Virus record (IMG/VR): IMGVR_UViG_3300035661_000011
Location: 32,001 to 96,000 of that record
Source of the DNA: a virus
Direction: 5' to 3' (one strand)
DNA length: 64,000 nucleotides
Shown here: piece after piece, positions 59,839 through 64,000 of the stretch
How the letters are laid out: each line of letters opens with the position of its first letter
Position numbering within the stretch: the stretch's first letter is position 1
Program-made: the position numbers and the translations under genes
The notes under the pieces: model-generated
Databases searched by the model: none
What the model saw: the letters and a program-made list of their open reading frames with translations, nothing else
What the model was told of the DNA's origin: nothing

Positions 59839-60438
59839 ATGAAAACTACTTTATTAATTATATTTACTATTTTGATTAATTGTGAGTGCCACATCGGTTA
59901 TAGCAAATCTATTAAACCGCCTTTAACTGAAACTTACAAAGCTGTTATTACAAACACGCAATATGATATTGATTTTAAGAAACATGGAAACAATAAACAT
60001 TATGCGGATGCAAAGTTGTTAAAGTCGGTATGTGGAGTGGAATCAAAATTTGATGTAAAAGCAAAATCTAAGAAGGGAGCCAGTGGTATCTGTCAGATTA
60101 TGCCCAAGACATGGAAATACATAGCGAGTAAAAATAAAACTTTACCAGCACATGACACAAAAGTTCCGAGTCAATCTATTGAAGTGGCATCGTTAGTAAT
60201 TGATGATGCAGCAAATACTTGGAAAAAATTACCAAAGGGAAGAAATAAAACCGCTGTAGTTTTAGCATCCTATAACGCAGGGCCAACTAATATCAAGAAA
60301 GCATCTAAGCGATGTAATAGTACCAACTTTGCAGTGTTACAAAAGTGTTTACCTAAGATAACTTCTAAGTCACACGCAAAAGAAACAATTAACTATGTAG
60401 CTTCTGTACAAGAGCTATATAAAAAACTACCTTTATAA
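59839..60438 (+). CDS. Lytic transglycosylase (SLT domain) with N-terminal signal/anchor
   Basis: VES catalytic Glu, GASGICQIMPKTW, LASYNAGP, ETINYV. Hydrophobic N-terminus. Confidence 0.9.
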   Translation: MKTTLLIIFTILINCECHIGYSKSIKPPLTETYKAVITNTQYDIDFKKHGNNKHYADAKLLKSVCGVESKFDVKAKSKKGASGICQIMPKTWKYIASKNKTLPAHDTKVPSQSIEVASLVIDDAANTWKKLPKGRNKTAVVLASYNAGPTNIKKASKRCNSTNFAVLQKCLPKITSKSHAKETINYVASVQELYKKLPL

Positions 60439-60451
60439 TTAGGAGAACGAC

Positions 60452-60877
60452 ATGGAAAAGATAAATGGTGGTGGGCTGGATAATTTAATCGGTAGATTAG
60501 TGCGGTATAAAGATGCAGCCAATTACTGGAAATTAACCGAACCGATGTGGGTGTTAGGCTGGTACATCGACAAATGTGTAACGTTGGTGTTAGTTGATGT
60601 GGATAACAAAACACATGAACAAGACCTATCGGTGTGTATATTCGAAGCACCACTTGTGACCGATAAACCTAGTAATAACATTGTGCACCACGCTGGGTTA
60701 AATTCGTTAATAGGTAAACGAGTTTCACACACTAGCCCAGCAGGCCCAACCGTTATTTCAGTTGTGTTTGACTGGTATAGGGATAGCAATGGTGAAGTTA
60801 GATTAATACTCACGGATGAGCACGGGTTTTTAAAATATAATATTTGTGTTGAAAACAGTAAAGTGTTAGACGAATAG
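60452..60877 (+). CDS. Hypothetical protein with an internal tandem duplication
   Basis: GLDNLIGRLV..VLGWYID..VTLVLVD versus GLNSLIGKRV..VFDWYRD..VRLILTD. AGGAG RBS. Confidence 0.75.
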   Translation: MEKINGGGLDNLIGRLVRYKDAANYWKLTEPMWVLGWYIDKCVTLVLVDVDNKTHEQDLSVCIFEAPLVTDKPSNNIVHHAGLNSLIGKRVSHTSPAGPTVISVVFDWYRDSNGEVRLILTDEHGFLKYNICVENSKVLDE

Positions 60878-60883
60878 AACCTA

Positions 60884-60913
60884 GTAATAGGGAGCATTAA
60901 TGCTCCCTATTAC
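60884..60913. terminator. 30-bp perfect palindrome between convergent genes
   Basis: GTAATAGGGAGCATT|AATGCTCCCTATTAC. Confidence 0.78.
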
Positions 60914-60935
60914 ATAAGTCTTTTTTTTTTACATT

Positions 60936-61409
60936 TTAAATTATTGGAATTGGTAAGTCAGCTAACGCAGTGATAATATCTGGATATGACAACTCTTTCT
61001 CTTTAATTTTATAAGCGCGTATTTGACAATCAATTACCCACTTGTTTAATATAACCGCTTCATCCTGATACTCATTACTAAACAGTGCAAGTTTACTAAC
61101 CTCGTCTACATCTTTAAACTTGAATGTATCATTCGTGACAGTCTTTACAATGAACGTTTCTATTTCCATAGCCAACTTTAAATGACTACGATCGTTTTCA
61201 TTTGTTATAGGTTTACCGTCAGCAGAAACCCCAAGTGTTCTCCCAGCTATCAACCCGTTTCGCACAGTTAGATACTCGACTAATGTAACAGGTACTACGT
61301 CATCTGGATAAGACTTATGTATCTTTGAACTATAAAATCCAAATGTAGACTTAGAGAAGAATAACTCCTCTCCAATTTCTTTAACTAATTTAGTGTTTTC
61401 ATCAGTCAT
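60936..61409 (-). CDS. Tail fibre assembly chaperone (Tfa-like)
   Basis: FFSKSTFGFY...YPDDVVPVT..EY......G.....ADGKP N-terminal pattern. Overlaps the fibre stop. AGGGAGG RBS. Confidence 0.75.
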   Translation of the reverse strand: MTDENTKLVKEIGEELFFSKSTFGFYSSKIHKSYPDDVVPVTLVEYLTVRNGLIAGRTLGVSADGKPITNENDRSHLKLAMEIETFIVKTVTNDTFKFKDVDEVSKLALFSNEYQDEAVILNKWVIDCQIRAYKIKEKELSYPDIITALADLPIPII

Positions 61410-62725
61410 GACACCCTCCCTAATAAGAATACCCACCCTTCAAGGCTATGGTTACCAGTAGTGGCTATATATATACCGGAGTTTGGATATGGAAAGTATT
61501 CTTGATCCAACCCAAGACTAGCATCTACATTGCTAATGACACCACCAGTGCACCACGCTAATGGCGGCGATATAAATGCTAAATTAAACCATATGGTCAC
61601 CTGTCCATCAAGGTACGTTATGTACGGGGTTTGAATCCACTGTAAACACCATCCACCGTATAAATACTTTATTCCTCCAGCAGGGTAACCTACAGCTGCA
61701 AACGAGTTATATATCTCAGTTCTAATAGCGTTATCACGAGAAACCAAATCGTTATACAGTGTAGCGTCTCTATCAAATAACGTTTGATACAAACTGGTAG
61801 CTCTATCGTACGTCGTATTGTAGTTATTCGTTATAGTGGTGTTTAATGTAGCTACAGCGTTATCTATTTTAGAGTTTAATGTAGCTACAGCTGTATTGAT
61901 TTTAGCATCTAATACAGCTCGATTAGTTTCTATAAGTGCATTAACTGCGACTATAAGTTTGTTAAATACAGCGGTCGCATTTTGTGCTACACCTAACGAT
62001 GACCAAGCCCTAGGCGTTGTGTCAGTACCAGCTTCTGCTACAGCTTGTGTAGGGATACTAGATTTTAACACATATCCGCTGAGGTCAGGTGGAACATAAC
62101 TAGCATTTAAAGAATCGACTTTACTTTGAACAAACCCTAAATCGTTAGCTACAGAATCCACTCTATCCATTAAATCATTAAATATCACTGCTGGAGAAAG
62201 TGTAGTTCGTGATATACTTCCAAGTAATCTACTCAGTAGAAATATAGTTCTTCCGTTATTAAATATATCTGGACGAACAGTATCTGCACTTACGACATAA
62301 TCCCCTTCAAGCGATTTCCACGAATTAAGATCTAGTCTATCAAAACTTCCTAAGTCAACAATTTGTTGCAATAGAATAGCGTCATTTTCGCACCCTACGG
62401 CTTGATAATTAATTGTAGCACTAGACCATAGGCTAACGTCTTTTAAAAGGATGTAGCTATATACAATCGCTCCAATGACATCAATTTGTTTACTGTAAGG
62501 TGGTGACCATTCGAAATCTACATTTGGAACCAATGGAACAGTTACATTGTCTGATAAACGTATGGCGGTTACAGTGAATCCATTTTGATAAAATGCACCT
62601 TGTTTTGGAAAGATAGCACATTGGGTGATTGGAAACACTACTTCATTTTTTATGTTGTTACCCACTAATGTACCACTAGGGTCATAGACCACAGTAATCG
62701 CATTGGGTGTTGGTGGTGTAGGCAT
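61406..62725 (-). CDS. Tail fibre/tail tip protein
   Basis: N-terminal YDPSG...NIKNE..IFP..GAFY (phiKZ gp130/131-family-like), 11-residue-periodic helical stalk, C-terminal GGWCLQW...IWFNLAF fibre-tip-like domain. Confidence 0.78.
   Translation of the reverse strand: MPTPPTPNAITVVYDPSGTLVGNNIKNEVVFPITQCAIFPKQGAFYQNGFTVTAIRLSDNVTVPLVPNVDFEWSPPYSKQIDVIGAIVYSYILLKDVSLWSSATINYQAVGCENDAILLQQIVDLGSFDRLDLNSWKSLEGDYVVSADTVRPDIFNNGRTIFLLSRLLGSISRTTLSPAVIFNDLMDRVDSVANDLGFVQSKVDSLNASYVPPDLSGYVLKSSIPTQAVAEAGTDTTPRAWSSLGVAQNATAVFNKLIVAVNALIETNRAVLDAKINTAVATLNSKIDNAVATLNTTITNNYNTTYDRATSLYQTLFDRDATLYNDLVSRDNAIRTEIYNSFAAVGYPAGGIKYLYGGWCLQWIQTPYITYLDGQVTIWFNLAFISPPLAWCTGGVISNVDASLGLDQEYFPYPNSGIYIATTGNHSLEGWVFLLGRVS
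61841..61891. repeat. 18-bp direct repeat, 33-nt spacing, within the fibre stalk
   Basis: GTTTAATGTAGCTACAGC at 61841 and 61874 (AVATLN twice). Confidence 0.8.
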
Positions 62726-62775
62726 CTAAGACTCCTAAGGTTAAGTTATGCAACACATGATAACCTTGTGATAAC

Positions 62776-62879
62776 TCAATAAATACTTATTTATATATCA
62801 TCTAGTAGAGTAAACAATAATGTTTTCTTTTGTTGCTATTACAATTTAATAGTTAATTATATTTTGGAGATTTACCGTG
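62776..62879 (+). repeat. Promoter/leader cassette copy 2
   Basis: 50 nt identical to 24434-24483, followed by a similar hairpin-TAATTA-RBS segment. Confidence 0.85.
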
Positions 62880-63131
62880 AAACACTTATTTACATTAAAA
62901 GATATGCCAACAACACCTTTAAACGATTTATACATTAAATCGTTTAAAGGGTATATTGAAATGATAAATAGCTTTCTTACATTGTATAAAGATGTTGGGT
63001 TTATTGCAACCCCAGAATACATCTCTATCGATGAGACGTTGTTGTCAAACCCCAATTATGCGCAGGTGGTTGCCGCTATGGCGTTAATGCCATATTCGTT
63101 AGTAGTTGACCACACTTTAGTTGGAGAATGA
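62877..63131 (+). CDS. Hypothetical protein
   Basis: GGAG RBS, GTG start. Confidence 0.65.
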   Translation: MKHLFTLKDMPTTPLNDLYIKSFKGYIEMINSFLTLYKDVGFIATPEYISIDETLLSNPNYAQVVAAMALMPYSLVVDHTLVGE

Positions 63132-63132
63132 A

Positions 63133-63369
63133 ATGAACAAAGATCAACTGATGTTAGGCGCGTTAGAAATTGCCACTCGTGTTGACGGGTGGAACAATGA
63201 AGTGTACTGTGCAATAAAATCAGTACAGCCAAAAACCCACACCATAGTGGTAGCTGGTGATAGTAATTTTGGATGGGACAGTAAATGGTCCGAGATTCTA
63301 AAACTCGGGTTCACGTGTTCAAGAAGCTATCCAAACCTTTATACCTTTGTTTTGGAGGAAAAGAAATGA
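63133..63369 (+). CDS. Hypothetical protein
   Basis: GGAG RBS, ATG 63133. Confidence 0.65.
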   Translation: MNKDQLMLGALEIATRVDGWNNEVYCAIKSVQPKTHTIVVAGDSNFGWDSKWSEILKLGFTCSRSYPNLYTFVLEEKK

Positions 63370-63899
63370 ACTACTTTAAGTTATTAAAAGAGTCGTTTGT
63401 TGTAGGTTTAAACACCTACCGTTGGATGGTGGATATTCAAGTGAATAGATTTATGACTTTTAAATCATTCACTGACTGGAATGGAATTCCAGTAATTAAA
63501 AGTACACACCTGATGCGATTACGATTAGGTGATTACCACTCGCCTATGAACAACGCCTGTGCATCAGCAGGTGAAAATATCATAATTATCCCAGACCACT
63601 GGGATGAATTACCAGAAGGGTTTAAACTCTTCATGTTATATCATGAGGAAGGACATATTCGAGGTAAACATTTCTTGACTACACCAACTGAAAACGCTGG
63701 TAAGGCGCGTTCAAAGTTTATTAAATGTGGGTTAGTTATGCCAGAGGAATTAGAAGCTGACAAATTCGCTTTTGATAACTTAGGTTTAGACATTAGTGTA
63801 TCAGCATTACAAGTTTGTAAAACTCTAGTAGCAAATGATGCACGTGGTAGAACCCATAGTGAAATTGATATGCGTATTGAAAAACTACGCAGCTACTAA
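63366..63899 (+). CDS. HExxH metallopeptidase-like protein (M48-like)
   Basis: FMLYHEEGH...ELEADKFA...RIEKL. GGAGG RBS, ATGA-type overlap. Confidence 0.78.
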   Translation: MNYFKLLKESFVVGLNTYRWMVDIQVNRFMTFKSFTDWNGIPVIKSTHLMRLRLGDYHSPMNNACASAGENIIIIPDHWDELPEGFKLFMLYHEEGHIRGKHFLTTPTENAGKARSKFIKCGLVMPEELEADKFAFDNLGLDISVSALQVCKTLVANDARGRTHSEIDMRIEKLRSY

Positions 63900-63910
63900 A
63901 ACGTTAAGTT

Positions 63911-63942
63911 ATCTAATTCCCCCGAATTCGGGGGAATTAGAT
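63911..63942 (+). terminator. 32-bp perfect palindrome with downstream T run
   Basis: ATCTAATTCCCCCGAA|TTCGGGGGAATTAGAT. Confidence 0.78.
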
Positions 63943-64000
63943 TTCTCTTCCAATCGTTTTTTTTTTATTCAATTACCAGTTTACCATTTGGACATTCGAC

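Noticed and set aside
718-63942. Palindromes as CRISPR repeats, REP elements or MITEs
   Set aside because: They share no sequence consensus, are not arrayed with spacers, and no cas or transposase gene or target-site duplication was seen.

Overview
AT-rich fragment of a phiKZ-like (Chimalliviridae-type, probably nucleus-forming) jumbo phage genome. Gene order follows the phiKZ gp69-gp131 core block as I recall it, so all gp numbers are by motif and synteny from memory, not from a search. The window holds three non-virion RNA polymerase subunits, one virion RNAP subunit, an SF2 helicase with a LAGLIDADG intein in Walker A, and the N-terminal half of the split family-B DNA polymerase interrupted by a group I intron. 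It also encodes DnaB, RuvC, major capsid protein, portal, head and baseplate proteins, a lytic transglycosylase, and a tail fibre with its chaperone. Signals beyond the routine annotation: (1) a T-TTT-TTT -1 frameshift signature fusing two adjacent minus-strand genes, like tail-chaperone G/GT; (2) a tandem array of seven diverged small paralogs; (3) 18 sequence-unrelated, 28-38 bp, mostly loop-less palindromes at operon boundaries; (4) two variants of a TATAT(T/C)ATCT promoter motif, one carried in a duplicated ~100 bp cassette; (5) an RNAP alpha-CTD-like protein; (6) two decayed HNH homing endonuclease genes at the polymerase locus. No tRNA, rRNA or CRISPR array was seen.
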